Source: Dendrobates tinctorius
Taxonomy: Eukaryota
Assembly: GCF_039654945.1 (NCBI RefSeq)
Contig: NW_027361727.1
Coordinates: 3,906,001-3,970,000, forward strand
Length of the DNA: 64,000 bases
Direction: 5' to 3'
Shown: piece by piece, positions 49,364-62,881 of the stretch
Layout of the letters: every line of letters begins with the position of its first letter
How positions within the stretch are numbered: the first letter of the stretch is position 1
The notes under the pieces: generated by a model
What the model was told of the DNA's origin: nothing
Seen by the model: only the letters and a program-made list of their open reading frames with translations
Database searches by the model: none
Position numbers and translations under genes: made by a program

Positions 49364-50970
49364 CAGTGGGGCAAAAAAGTATTTAGTCAGTCAGCAATAG
49401 TGCAAGTTCCACCACTTAAAAAGATGAGAGGCGTCTGTAATTTACATCATAGGTAGACCTCAACTATGGGAGACAAACTGAGAAAAAAAAAATCTAGAAA
49501 ATCACATTCTGTTTTTTTTTCCATTTTATTTGCATATTATGGTGGAAAATAAGTATTTGGTCAGAAACAAAATTTCATCTCAATACTTTGTGATATATCC
49601 TTTGTTGGCAATGACAGAGGTCAAACGTTTTCTGTAAGTCTTCACAAGGTTGCCACACACTGTTGTTGGTATGTTGGCCCATTCCTCCATGCAGATCTCC
49701 TCTAGAGCAGTGATGTTTTTGGCTTTTCGCTTGGCAACACGGACTTTCAACTCCCTCCAAAGGTTTTCTATAGGGTTGAGATCTGGAGACTGGCTAGGCC
49801 ACTCCAGGACCTTGAAATGCTTCTTACGAAGCCACTCCTTCGTTGCCCTGGTGGTGTGCTTTGGATCATTGTCATGTTGAAAGACCCAGCCACGTTTCAT
49901 ATTCAATGCCCTTGCTGATGGAAGGAGGTTTGCACTCAAAATCTCACGATACAGGGCCCCATTCATTCTTTCATGTACCCGGCTCAGTCGTCCTGGCCCC
50001 TTTGCAGAGAAACAGCCCCAAAGCATGATGTTTCCACCACCATGCTTTACAGTAGGTATGGTGTTTGATGGATGCAACTCAGTATTCTTTTTCCTCCAAA
50101 CACGACAAGTTGTGTTTCTGCCAAACAGTTCCAGTTTGGTTTCATCAGACCATAGGACATTCTCCCAAAACTCCTCTGGATCATCCAAATGCTCTCTAGC
50201 AAACTTCAGACGGGCCCGGACATGTACAGGCTTAAGCAGTGGGACACGTCTGGCACTGCAAGATCTGAGTCCATGGTGGCGTAGTGTGTTACTTATGGTA
50301 GGCCTTGTTACATTGGTCCCAGCTCTCTGCAGTTCATTCACTAGGTCCCCCCGCGTGGTTCTGGGATTTTTGCTCACCGTTCTTGTGATCATTCTGACCC
50401 CACGGGGTGGGATTTTGCGTGGAGCACCAGATCGAGGGAGATTATCAGTGGTCTTGTATGTCTTCCATTTTCTAATTATTGCTCCCACAGTTGATTTCTT
50501 CACTCCAAGCTGGTTGGCTATTGCAGATTCAGTCTTCCCAGCCTGGTGCAGGGCTACAATTTTGTTTCTGGTGTCCTTTGACAGCTCTTTGGTCTTCACC
50601 ATAGTGGAGTTTGGAGTCAGACTGTTTGAGGGTGTGCACAGGTGTCTTTTTATACTGATAACAAGTTTAAACAGGTGCCATTACTACAGGTAATGAGTGG
50701 AGGAAAGAGGAGACTCTTAAAGAAGAAGTTACAGGTCTGTGAGAGCCAGAAATCTTTATTGCTTGTTTCTGACCAAATACTTATTTTCCACCATAATATG
50801 CAAATAAAATGAAAAAAAAAACAGACAATGTGATTTTCTGGATTTTTTTTTCTCAGTTTGTCTCCCATAGTTGAGGTCTACTTATGATGTAAATTACAGA
50901 CGCCTCTCATCTTTTTAAGTGGTGGAACTTGCACTATTGCTGACTGACTAAATACTTTTTTGCCCCACTG
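49364..50970 (-). mobile_element. Intact Tc1 (DD34E) transposon with long TIRs
   Basis: TA TSD; TIRs of about 205 bp beginning cagtggggcaaaaaagtatttagtcagtc; 1607 bp. Confidence 0.97.
49580..50602 (-). CDS. Tc1 transposase, 340 aa, open frame
   Basis: Paired-like HTH, GAPRK linker, WSDETK, QHDND and SPDLNPIEN; 34 residues between the second D and E. Confidence 0.95.
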   Translation of the reverse strand: MVKTKELSKDTRNKIVALHQAGKTESAIANQLGVKKSTVGAIIRKWKTYKTTDNLPRSGAPRKIPPRGVRMITRTVSKNPRTTRGDLVNELQRAGTNVTRPTISNTLRHHGLRSCSARRVPLLKPVHVRARLKFAREHLDDPEEFWENVLWSDETKLELFGRNTTCRVWRKKNTELHPSNTIPTVKHGGGNIMLWGCFSAKGPGRLSRVHERMNGALYREILSANLLPSARALNMKRGWVFQHDNDPKHTTRATKEWLRKKHFKVLEWPSQSPDLNPIENLWRELKVRVAKRKAKNITALEEICMEEWANIPTTVCGNLVKTYRKRLTSVIANKGYITKY

Positions 50971-51510
50971 TATGTATGGGTAAAGGAATATTCACATATC
51001 CTGCAAATGCTGATAATAGGTAAAAATATTTTGCATTTATCTATCCTGACTCTACTCAGCCTAAAATGGCTGATAACAGCAAACAGAAGGCTGCATGCAC
51101 TGTAAAGGGTGCAACATCATGGTGCACAAAAAGGGCGACAACGGCATATAAGGGAGCATCGTCAGCGCATAAGGGGGCGATATAACAGCACATGGGTGTT
51201 CACCTGTTGAGCAGTATGATATTATTGTGGAGGAGTTTTGGGATCAATGTAGAGGGGTTTAATATCACTTTTACGAGTAAGATATGATGGTACAGGATGT
51301 GAGGTCACCATCACAGTACCGGTGTTCGATATCCGTATATAGTAATATGACATCGGAGGTATAATGTTACTGTATCTGTACATATCATCGCCATAACTAG
51401 GTATGACATCACTGCATAGGGGTGTAATATCCCCCCCTTATAGAATGACATGACTGTTGAGGGGTATGATTTCACTGTATAAGGGTACGCCATTTTACAA
51501 GACAACTTAC

Positions 51511-51585
51511 ATTGGCACTAAGCTGGGTTGTCAGGGCGGACACTTTTTCTTGGGAGGAATCCAACTCTCTTCTTAATTTGCGGAT
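51511..51585 (-). CDS. NAV2: NAV2 exon (IRKLRRELDSSQEKVSALTTQLSAN), coiled coil
   Basis: 75 nt, phase 0-0, tag/gtaagt. Confidence 0.93.
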
Positions 51586-51685
51586 CTAAAAAAGAACCAA
51601 CACATTTGATAAAGGCCACAGCGGACTACCGGCACAATCCGGAATATTAGATGATTTAATAGAAGATTACACTGAAGATACAAAC

Positions 51686-51709
51686 CTCTGAATGGCACTT
51701 TTCTTCTGG
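51686..51709 (-). CDS. NAV2: NAV2 24-nt microexon (PEEKCHSE)
   Basis: cag acceptor, gtttgt donor, phase 0-0; resembles recalled human PEEKCQSE. Confidence 0.88.
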
Positions 51710-53132
51710 CTGCAAAAGATAAAGAAGGAAAAAAAAAGTCCCATGAAATTCCATTTATAGAGAGCGGCGTCGACCCGCAACTCTGATATATTTCTCTTTC
51801 ATCCCCTATAAATAGCAGCAGGAGACGAGATCTGTGCAGACTTGTTTGATTTTCCCTTATTTGGGCAGTTTTTTTAATGAAACTATCGCTGCATTAGATA
51901 AGAGACCGGCAAAAAAAAAAAATAAGAAAAACACCCCCGACTGATGACATTCAGTGCCGCAGACGTCTAACACCCATCTCATGAATTTAATGGGATCCTC
52001 TCGGAACAAGAGCTGTTCATGTCTCACCTTCCTGCCGCAGGGACAATAAACGCACAGTGGTCACCGGATCTGCATTGTTAGGAGCGGTCAGCGCCGGGGG
52101 GCCCCTCTGAAGGGTTTATGGGGGGTTTTAATAGCAACAAGTGCAAATAATTCTCAAATTGAAGGGTGCTGCCTGAGTCAACCCTCACAATTAATGCATT
52201 TACAATGGAAAATTAAGCTACTTTGCTATTTTTCCTAATTAATAATCTACCGTTTTAGGTATACAGTTCCAATGCATACCGATTGGTCTCAATGGTTACA
52301 ATCCCATGGTGTAGAATCCTGCTACTCCTTCATAATATACATTTGGTAGGTAGAGACAATATGATGCAGAACTAGACTATACAGAATTTGTTTGGTAACC
52401 ATGGAGACACATAGAAATGCATAGGAACTGCAGACATAAAACACTAGTACTCTTTTAAAGACTTTTTGCTTCTATTCTGCAGAGATAGACTTACACTTGA
52501 AACGCCAAAACTCCCTAGCAAAAATAATCCCTCAAGCTATTCTCTTTTTTTTTAGCCATTTCTTAGATAAATCTGTTTCTGGGAAAGCTGGGCACCAATC
52601 ACTACGACTGGCAGATGTCCTACAGTCCTGAGGGGCACTTCATCCTAGTCGTGCAGCAATATGGGGGATGTATAACTGACCCCATAGACAGTAATAATAA
52701 TAGTCGCCTGGCTTTACCAAAAACAGATGTGTCTGCAACTGCATAAAACCAAACAAAAGGAGGCAGCATGGCGGCTCATTATCTGCATTACTTTTGGAGG
52801 GGCATTATTACCCATTCCATTTTGGCACCTTTGCTTTTTTACTGTCCCCACATAGAAAGATTCACATTTAAGGGTCTCGTAAAACTCAGGAGACGTTGTT
52901 ACATTAACAAAGACCCGAGGGGCTGCAAATAGTGAGTAGGAAATGAAGACAGAACTATATAGACGAGAGTTATAAAGCGGATTCCTTCACTAAAAGCTCC
53001 AGATTAAACAGCTAATCCTGCTGACTGACATCAGCCACTGCCGACCTGCACCGCAACCGAGTACGCAAAGCGCAAACGTCCATTACATTACATAGATTAA
53101 TATAAGAAATATATATGGACAATTATACTTAC

Positions 53133-53185
53133 AGTGGAGTATACAGAAGATGTGCTGGATACCAGAGACAGCGAAGATCCATGAA
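53133..53185 (-). CDS. NAV2: NAV2 exon (VHGSSLSLVSSTSSVYST)
   Basis: 53 nt, phase 1-0, cag/gtaagt. Confidence 0.92.
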
Positions 53186-53227
53186 CTGAGGGTTACAAAA
53201 AGGGGCGACATCAGGCACGTAGAACAA

Positions 53228-54891
53228 CAGCTGAGCACAGATCAGAGCCTCCCCATACAGCTGAGCACAGATCAGAGCCCCCCACACAGCTGAAAACAGA
53301 TCAGAGCCCCCCCATACAGCTGAGCACAGATCAGAGCCCCCCACACAGCTGAGCACAGATCAAAGCCCCCCCCCATACAGCTGAGCACAGATCAGAGCCC
53401 CCCATACAACTGAGCCCAGATCAGAGCCCCCCTTACAGCTGAGCCCAGATCAGAGCCCCCCTTACAGCTGAGCCCAGATCAGAGCCCCCCACACAGCTGA
53501 GCACAGATCAGAGCCCCCCACACAGCTGAGCACAGATCAGAGCCCCCCCATACAGCTGAGCACAGATCAGAGCCCCCCCACACAGCTGAGCACAGATCAG
53601 AGCCCCCCCATACAGCTGAGCACAGATCAGAGCCCCCCCATACAGCTGAGCACAGATCAGAGCCCCCCCATACAGCTGAGCACAGATCAGAGCCCCCCCA
53701 TACAGCTGAGCACAGATCAGAGCCCCCACACACAGCTGAGCACAGATCAGAGCCCCCACACAGCTGAGCACAGATCAGAGCCCCCCACACAGCTGAGCAC
53801 AGATCAGAGCCCCCCACACAGCTGAGCACAGATCAGAGCCCCCCACACAGCTGAGCACAGATCAGAGCCCCCCCCACACAGCTGAGCACAGATCAGAGCC
53901 CCCCCATACAGCTGAGCACAGATCAGAGCCCCCCCATACAGCTGAGCACAGATCAGAGCCCCCCCATACAGCTGAGCACAGATCAGAGCCCCCACACACA
54001 GCTGAGCACAGATCAGAGCCCCCACACAGCTGAGCACAGATCAGAGCCCCCCACACAGCTGAGCACAGATCAGAGCCACCCACACAGCTGAGCACAGATC
54101 AGAGCCCCCCACACAGCTGAGCACAGATCAGAGCCCCCCACAAAGCTGAGCACAGATCAGAGCCCCCCACAAAGCTGAGCACAGATCAGAGCCCCCCACA
54201 AAGCTGAGCACAGATCAGAGCCCCCCACACAGCTGAGCACAGATCAGAGCCCCCCACACAGCTGAGCACAGATCAGAGCCCCCATACAGCTGAGCACAGA
54301 TCAGAGCCCCCCACACAGCTGAGCACAGATCAGAGCCCCCCACACAGCTGAGCACAGATCAGAGCCCCCCACACAGCTGAGCACAGATCAGAGCCCCCCA
54401 CACAGCTGAGCAAATCAGAGCCCCCATACAGCTGAGTACAGATCAGAGCCCCCCATACAGCTGAGCACAGATCACAGCCCCCCCATACAGCTGAGCACAG
54501 ATCAGAGCCCCCCACACAGCTGAGCACAGATCAGAGCCCCCATACAGCTGAGCACAGATCAGAGCCCCCCCATACAGCTGAGTACAGATCAGAGCCCCCC
54601 ACACAGCTGAGCACAGATCAGAGCCCCCATACAGCTGAGTACAGATCAGAGCCCCCCCATACAGCTGAGCACAGATCAGAGCCCCCCATACAGCTCAGTA
54701 CAGATCAGAGCCCTCCCCATACAGCTGAGCACAGATCAGAGCCCCCCATACAGCTGAGCACAGATCAGAGCCCCCCACACAGCTGAGCACAGATCAGAGC
54801 CCCCCATACAGCTCAGTACAGATCACAGCCCCCCCCCCATACAGCTGAGCACAGATCAGAGCCCCCATACAGCTGAGCACAGATCACAGCC
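53228..54891. repeat. 28-31-bp minisatellite (cagctgagcacagatcagagccccccaca)
   Basis: About 55 copies that vary in C-run length. Confidence 0.97.
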
Positions 54892-55050
54892 ATTCCTACT
54901 AAGATCATCGTGTCCAGCTAATCTGCATTAGCTCCTAGAGTTTGATAAGACAGCAAGTGGATTTCAGACAACCTCAGATCTGTTTCCCCCATGCTTTACA
55001 CTGCAATTCAGATTCTTCAGATTAGCTGCAGTTTCTAAATCACACAATTA

Positions 55051-55492
55051 GGCCTCTTTCACACTTCAGTTGCTTGACGTCAGTTGAAATCCGCCGAGTT
55101 GAGAAAAAAAACGGATCCGCCATTTTTTTTGGCGGAATCCGTTTTTTTCCCATAGACTTAAATTAGCGGCGGATTGTGACGGATGGTCGTCTGTTGCATC
55201 TCCAGCCGTCTGGAGTGGACAGACAAAGGAACGTTTTTGTCAGCGGCGGAACCGCTTTTTTAAACTGAGCATGCCCAGAAGAGTTTACCATGCAAGCAAT
55301 TTACCCCCTAAATGCCGTTCTGGAACAGACCCAAAAATTCTCTCTCTCCTTTTCCAGAGCTCTGTTCCTTTAAATTTCATACACTGGCAGATCCATCCAC
55401 AAAACGGATCTGGTGCACCCGTTTTTTACAAAGCGGAAACGGATCTATTTTTTCACACTTTGGCGGATTTCAACTGAAGTGTGAAAGAGGCC
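55051..55492. mobile_element. Harbinger-like MITE
   Basis: TTA TSD; perfect 22-bp TIR ggcctctttcacacttcagttg. Confidence 0.88.
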
Positions 55493-56767
55493 TTAGAATA
55501 ACGTATGTGAATGAAAAATTAATTTCATTACTGCAAGGGCAGAAATTAAACACTCAGGTTCTTTAAGTCTTGAACTCTTCTTTATTGAGGCTATCAGTCA
55601 CAGACATCATTCTGGTTCAGGTGCCGCTGATCACTTGCTAAACTATAGGCAATGTGGTGTCTCCAGCACTGGAGGAGCTCGTCGTCTCACACCAGAACTG
55701 TCATATCTGTTTGTCTTGCAAGTCCAGTCCACAACAATGAGCCTGTGACATCGGTAAGCCGTCCCGTCTCCCCGGGCAGCCACACGGCCGCTCTCCCTCC
55801 AGACAGCGGACCACAGGGTGGAAAGGGAAATAAATGCTAATTGGATACTGGGTGAGGTGAGGGGCACCACGGACAACTGCCACACACAGTACCCACGCAC
55901 TGTATCCCGCAGCCCCCGCCACACAGCTTTCCACGGATCCTGAATGCATGTGCGAAACAGTTTAAACCTTCCTTAAAAACACATACTGTATATGAGCAAT
56001 TCAGCAACACCTGGCGATTCTCATCTCTAGGGTACAAACACGACCAGCTAGGATGATGCAGATATGGAGGAGACAGACTACAGCAGATGGTCAGGACGCC
56101 TCCAGCATTACTCGGATGACACTTCTTCAGGTTCTGTAGTATCTAGTACTAGGGTTCGAATCAAGGAAACGTTATCACACCTAGAATAAAAGCTTCACAC
56201 AACCAGTGCAGATGACGTGTAACCCTATAGCTTCCCTGCTGCCGGCTGGTAACAGATTACATGGAAACCACAGTCTCACGATGTGTACGATAAATTATCT
56301 GGGCTTAGTCGTGTCTGTTCCCAGGAAAAGTTGAAGACCCCTCTACTGACACCACCACACTAGGCTCCTAAATGGTAAATCTGCAAAATTAAGCCATTAA
56401 ATGCTATGGGTGGGGATATGCCAATGCACGATCAGGAGTCTGGGAGAGCAGGGAGACCACCCACATTCATGTGAATATTGAGATTTCCCACCAGTGTCAC
56501 ATTATACACAACACAGGGTGTCGTCTCAACACGAAATATCATCTCTTATCAAAAAGTAATACCCTGCAGGTCTCAGTGGAAATCTTTAGGTATTTGCCCC
56601 GCAGCACATATAAGACACAAGGACAGGTGCGTCACATTGGTGGGTAGATGCTGGTGAGGTTCATTCCCAGGCACTCTTTATGTCAGAGCAGCAATGCACA
56701 TAACTAGAGGCTACTACAGGTGCAGATCCTGTATAGGACACACCTGACCCCCATTATACAGTATATA

Positions 56768-57563
56768 CTGATCCCAAGTTACTTCCTGTATTATACTCCA
56801 GAGCTGCACTCACTATTCTGCTGGTGCAGTCACTGTATACATACATTACATTACTGATCCTGAGTTACATCCTGTATTATACCCCAGAGCTGCACTCACT
56901 ATTCTGCTGGTGCAGTCACTGTATACATACATTACATTACTGATCCTGAGTTACATCCTGTATTATACTCCAGAGCTGCACTCACTATTCTGCTGGTGCA
57001 GTCACTGTATACATACATTACATTACTGATCCTGAGTTACATCCTGTATTATATTCCAGAGCTGCACTCACTATTCTGCTGGTGCAGTCACTGTGTACAT
57101 ACATTACATTACTGATCCTGAGTTACATCCTGTATTATACTCCAGAGCTGCACTCACTATTCTGCTGGTGCAGTCACTGTGTACATACATTACATTACTG
57201 ATCCTGAGTTACATCCTGTATTATATTCCAGAGCTGCACTCACTATTCTGCTGGTGCAGTCACTGTGTACATACATTACATTGCTGATCCTGAGTTACAT
57301 CCTGTATTATACTCCAGAGCTGCACTCACTATTCTGCTGGTGCAGTCACTGTGTACATACATTACATTGCTGATCCTGAGTTACATCCTGTATTATACTC
57401 CAGAGCTGCACTCACTATTCTGCTGGTGCAGTCACTGTGTACATACATTACATTGCTGATCCTGAGTTACATCCTGTATTATACTCCAGAGCTGCACTCA
57501 CTATTCTGCTGGTGCAGTCACTGTGTACATACATTACATTACATTGCTGATCCTGAGCTACAT
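56768..57563. repeat. 86-bp satellite, array 1
   Basis: actgatcctgagttacatcctgtattatactccagagctgcactcactattctgctggtgcagtcactgtgtacatacattacatt, about 9 copies. Confidence 0.95.
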
Positions 57564-57596
57564 CATGACTATTTTGTGATTTTGATAGCCACTTAC

Positions 57597-57779
57597 CTTC
57601 TTCAAATCCGTCACGAAATGATCCAGAGCGGCTCATGGTTCTGGTCTTCTCATCCAGAGACATGGAGCTGTTCCTGTAGCGGGGTTCTCCGTAGTGATCG
57701 CCGTCTGTGTTGGACAGGCTGTGCGTCCGGAGCATGGTGGAGTTGGACAAACCCATGTGAGCTGCAGTTGTAGGACTTG
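57597..57779 (-). CDS. NAV2: NAV2 exon (SPTTAAHMGLSNSTMLRTHSLS...SGSFRDGFEE)
   Basis: 183 nt, phase 1-1, tag/gtaagt. Confidence 0.92.
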
Positions 57780-58180
57780 CTATAAAGGAAAGAAATCACA
57801 GCGGGCAATGAGCGACATCATCATGAACTATCATGGCATTACATTATCTAGCGCCCAAGAAGAACTGAAATCTGAAAGTAACAATTCTTAAATAATTACA
57901 TTCCATGACTCGTGGTTAGCACATTGGGATCGAGGGGGTGTGGGTGGAGGGGGGAACAAATGGGACCTTTTCTAGAGCAGAAAGCAAAAAATATAGAAGA
58001 AATCATGTCCCCTCATAATAGGAAGGTAAAAAAGCTATGAGAGTATGGATTAGATGGGCACAAGGGATATTGATGGGAGAGGATGCGGGTTTAGGTGAGT
58101 GAACCTCTGTAGACCATTCATTGATCCATGTGGCATTACATTACTATGGTCGCTCTCCAGTCGTCCATACAAAGACTCAC

Positions 58181-58341
58181 CGAGCTGCGAGAAGTTAAAT
58201 CTGGTGCCGGAGGGCGAGGTTATACTGGAGCTGGGCGAGAATGGCGAGCTACTGGCAGTGTCCTGGAGTCCGCTGGATGAATGAGAGCGCAGCCATTCCT
58301 TGGTATCATCTTGGTTTCGGAGCTGAGAAGATGGAGCGTAC
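58181..58341 (-). CDS. NAV2: NAV2 exon (YAPSSQLRNQDDTKEWLRSHS...RFNFSQL)
   Basis: 161 nt, phase 2-1, cag/gtgagt. Confidence 0.92.
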
Positions 58342-59139
58342 CTGCATGGACCAGGGATAAAAAAAAAAAAAAAAAAAAAGAATAAAATGATTAATTCTGG
58401 AAAGAAGGAGCTGTGGGGCAGCAAATGCTAAAAACACAACCACATTATAAGTCAAACTCCGAGCGGATGCATTTTGTTACAGTATTAAGCGATGGTACAT
58501 GGGGGTAAAGCAGACAAGGCGACAACCAACACAGCCACCATTATGGCCTCCCTAAGGGTCGTCACCCCGCCTCTCCTGTCCAGTCACGCTGTGATACGGC
58601 CCTACATGCTGGATTCTTGGGTGACAACCTTCATAAGTTATCTATGTAGTATTCAGCTGTCCTAAAACCAGATGTTATAATGAAAAAGCTGCACAGAAGA
58701 GGAAAACCTACATCACAATTTCTACATTCACGTTCAGGGGTGCAATAGTTGCAAAATCACACAGGAAAGGTGGCCTGCTGGGGCATGCTGGAACTTGTAG
58801 TTACGACACAGGGGAATTATGTTCATTTGAAATCACAGGATCCTCATGTGTCCCCCCTACCCATTCACTGCCCAATACAGCCAAAAGCAACAGGTGCAAC
58901 TGCAGAAAAAAAAATCACACAGGAAATCTATTGTCATGCGCCGGGCAGAACAGGCAAGAACCACTGATGGCTCTGCCAGTAAGGAAAGACTCTGTACAAC
59001 CTGCTGGATGTAACATTACATGGTAAAATCATTGTAAGGCAAACATCATGAAATTCAACCCAGTACATCCTTCAAAGCAAAGCCAGGAAGCCGTATTACA
59101 CTTTACATAGAAAATACAATTCTAAGTCACTATGTATCT

Positions 59140-60018
59140 GGTATTATACTCCAGAGCTGCACTCACTATTCAGCTGGGGCAGTCACTATGTACATACATT
59201 ACATTACTGATCCTGAGTTACATCCTGTATTATACTCCAGAGCTGCACTCACTATTCTGCTGGTGCAGTCACTATGTACATACATTACATTACTGATCCT
59301 GAGTTACATCCTGTATTATACCCCAGAGCTGCACTCACTATTCAGCTGGGGCAGTCACTGTGTACATACATTACATTACTTATACATTACTGCGCTCACT
59401 ATTCTGCTGGTCCAGTCACTGTGTACATACATTACATTACTGATCCTGTACTGATCCAGAGTTATATCCTGTATTATACTCCAGAGCTGCACTCACTATT
59501 CTGCTAGTGCAGTCACTGTGTACATACATTACATTACTGATCCTGAGTTACATCCTGTATTATACTCCAGAGCTGCACTCACTATTCTGCTGGTGCAGTC
59601 ACTGTGTACATACATTACATTACTGATCCTGCGTTACATCCTGTATTATACTCCAGAGCTGCACTCACTATTCTGCTGGTGCAGTCACTGTGTACAGACA
59701 TTACATTACTGATCCTGAGTTACATCCTGTATTATACTCCAGAGCTGCGCTCACTATTCTGCCGGTGCAGTCACTGTGTACATACATTACATTACTGATC
59801 CTGAGTTACATCCTGTATTATACTCCAGAGCTGCGCTCACTATTCTGCTGGTGCAGTCACTGTGTACATACATTACATTACTGATCCTGAGTTACATCCT
59901 GTATTATACTCCAGAGCTGCACTCACTATTCTGCTGGTGCAGTCACTGTGCACATACATTACATTACTGATCCTGAGTTACATCCTATATTATACTCCAG
60001 AGCTGCGCTCACTATTCT
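59140..60018. repeat. 86-bp satellite, array 2 (same family and orientation)
   Basis: About 10 copies. Confidence 0.95.
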
Positions 60019-60597
60019 ATTTCTATAAACTGCAATACGGTGATGAAAGGTGAACCATGTCCTACGTGTTATTAAGGAGACTATAATAAAACACATCTTA
60101 TATTGTAGTGCGTGCATGTGGCCGTTCCTCCCCCCTCAGTGGTTTATAGGGGCAGCTGTAGCCTTTTACACTTATCTGAAACTTGAGTTTCAGTGGATTT
60201 ACATGCAGACAGATGCTGCCCGGACTTTTGATGTCAATGTAGTCTGCTCTGCATAGACAGAAAAGTTGTATCTGCACAACTTTGTCAACGGATTTCTGCT
60301 GGATCAGTTCTAACTGGTGATTACTGGACATGTGAACAGAGCCTTAGCCAATGTACTAAGGATTTCTGGAGTCACCACCTCGGTTCACTACTAGCCACAT
60401 TTAAAAGGTATCTGGTTCTAGTGGCAAATTCCCTTTAATGACACCACACAGGACACACTGTCACATCCTATCATGCAAAACACACACAACAAAGGTAAGA
60501 TGGAACAAAAAGAACCAGTAATATCGGGTCACATGAAGACCCACAGCCAAAATGGAGAAGGCACCACACCACAAAGCAGGCGCCACTGAGACGATAC

Positions 60598-60642
60598 CTG
60601 AATCCTTTCTTAGGTAAAGTGTTTCTATCAAGATGAGGATCA
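60598..60642 (-). CDS. NAV2: NAV2 45-nt exon (DPHLDRNTLPKKGFR), likely a cassette exon
   Basis: cag acceptor, gtatcg donor, phase 2-2; resembles the navigator-family motif DRNTLPKKGLR. Confidence 0.9.
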
Positions 60643-62815
60643 CTGCAGCAAAGTCAAAAGAGGAGAGAAGACTTCAGAGGGAGGAAGAAGCTGGCGGGGT
60701 AGAGAGACGGACAGACGGAGCCGGCCGCAAACATAGGAAGACGCGCACACAAACGTGCAGATTACGTGGACACGAGGAGCGTGCAAAGTGCGGGATCAGA
60801 CATGGATGTGCACAAAGGAGAACGGTTACCATAAGGGAGGACACACAGGACACTCATCAAGATGGAGGCCCTGCAGCTTGTTGTGGATCAGACTATAAAT
60901 GTAGCAGAGCTGAACTCGTCCATTCTCTTTTCTTGGGGCTGTTCGGCTTGTGCCTTATAAACAGCATGTATCACCTACCTGATGGCTATGGCGGTAAGTG
61001 TATGAACACTGGGGGTACCACTGCTGGAATCTCCACCACTGTGCGGTCACACGTCACCACCGCTCTGTTCACACAGAGGACTCTGGCATCCCCCCAGCAG
61101 CTGGACCCCCAATCACCATACATTTGTGGTTATTTATTAGACAACCCCTATACAATGGGAAAAGTGGATGATCCTGGGGTCCAACAAAAATAAGACTAAT
61201 GTCCACCAAAGGGATGCAACATTGTAAGTGAACAAGTGGCCATCTGACAGACAGATCTGCCGTCAATGAGGTCACGTCCAAGAAGAGGGCATGAATGAGG
61301 GGCAGCGCAATATGTACTCTCTGATGAAACAGGAAGGCCCTGAGCCCAATTGCAGCAGATCAGGGTGTACATATTTATATGCCCAGCATACGGCGACATC
61401 GCAGGGCGAGGAGATGTAGACGCTCCTCTCGGCAGTGCAGGTACAGACACCTCTTAGTCGCTGGGTTCCTGAATAAGGTGCTACACCCTGGCTGGCAACA
61501 TGCAGGGACTCGGCAGCGTTCATTATATAGCTGCCTAATTACCTGGGGCAATTAATCTTGGAGCGCACCTCATGTAACCTAGATTTTCTCTAGCTGCAAG
61601 GCAGGATGACGCACAGCTTGGCTTCCGCCCTACCCCAGTTTACCTGCCGGCAGTGCGCCAATTACTACATTTTGCATCTTATTTTGATGCAATTTCAAAA
61701 CATACAAAAAAAAGAATCTCAAAAATTGCTAATTTACTTTATTTCCAGGATATAAAAGGCATAAACAGCAATGCCCTAGTTTAGGGGCCTCGTGAACATC
61801 AATCCTCTGCTATCGGCTGCCAGTCTAATGTGAATGGGGGCCTCCCGACTCTCCCCTTACAGATGATGATGTCGGGGGAGATCAGGATCTGGACTCTGAC
61901 AGCGGCTCTCCCATAGAAAACCCAGCAGCAGCGCTCAGCCCAGGCGAATGTTACTGTGTATAGGGGAGTCGGGAGAGAACTGTCGGCTATCTACTGTATA
62001 AGGGGGCGGCTTTTGAACTTGTGCTGCTGGGGAGACCTGTAGACTGTGAATAAGATGCAGACTACAGGCTGCCATTACACAGCCCTTAGACCAGACTGTC
62101 AGGGAAATTCCCACTGAATCCTTGCAGCCATAACACTAGTTTATTATTACTGATCATATCTTCTATCGATTTCAAAAGCGATATTAGAAAAAAAAAAAAA
62201 AAAATCTGTATTCCCTCCTTTTCTGCCAAGTTTTCAATAGCTACATTCAGCATCTTCTTAGCCTGATCCCTTCATGGGACGGACAGGTGACATCCAATAT
62301 GGCCACTAATAAGCCTCCAATATTGGGTCATCATCCAACTTTACTGGAGCCCAGAAAAGGCATTTTGGCATAATTTTACATTGATCTAATCCAATCTAAA
62401 GTCTGGCAACCGTACAATCCCTTTTGGGCAGCCATATTGGTTGTCACCCAGCTTTCGCAGACGCATTTCATAAGATAACCAAATGTATGAAATGACTGCG
62501 GATTTTTAGGGGAAAATGTTGGGTCACCATCAGCTATTTTCAGATTATTTTGCCAAACACAAGTCATGATGCAGACACACAAGAAAAAAAGCTTGTAGAG
62601 GACGGACGCTTACCACAAAGCGCAAGAATGACTGAAGACAAAAGACGTGATGACAAGCGGAGGGACGGGGGGCAGTGAAGCCGCATGCCACAAAGAAAAA
62701 AAAATCAAGCAAAAAGCCTCCGAGTGTGATGGCGGCCCGGGGACGAGAGAAGGAACAGCACAGGCGGCAGGTGATGAACACTCAGGCTGACGGCAGCCAT
62801 GACAGACACCGTTAC

Positions 62816-62881
62816 CTGTCCTGCTTCCGGGGGAGAGTATTTCTGCTGAATTTAGGACTAGCACCGGGGGAGGAGAGAGGG
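62816..62881 (-). CDS. NAV2: NAV2 66-nt exon (PLSSPGASPKFSRNTLPRKQDS), likely a cassette exon
   Basis: tag acceptor, gtaacg donor, phase 2-2, frame-preserving; resembles recalled human PLSSPAASPKFCRSTLPRKQDS. Confidence 0.88.

Noticed and set aside
50025-50693. 222-aa plus-strand ORF
   Set aside because: Antisense shadow of the Tc1 transposase.
53186-57596. An additional NAV2 cassette exon between GFEE and VHGSS, recalled from mammalian isoforms
   Set aside because: I could not find a matching exon with valid splice sites, and the flanking exons join in phase without it.
60633-61193. 186-aa plus-strand ORF
   Set aside because: Antisense to a pyrimidine-rich NAV2 intron flank, non-ATG-supported context and no recognisable domain.
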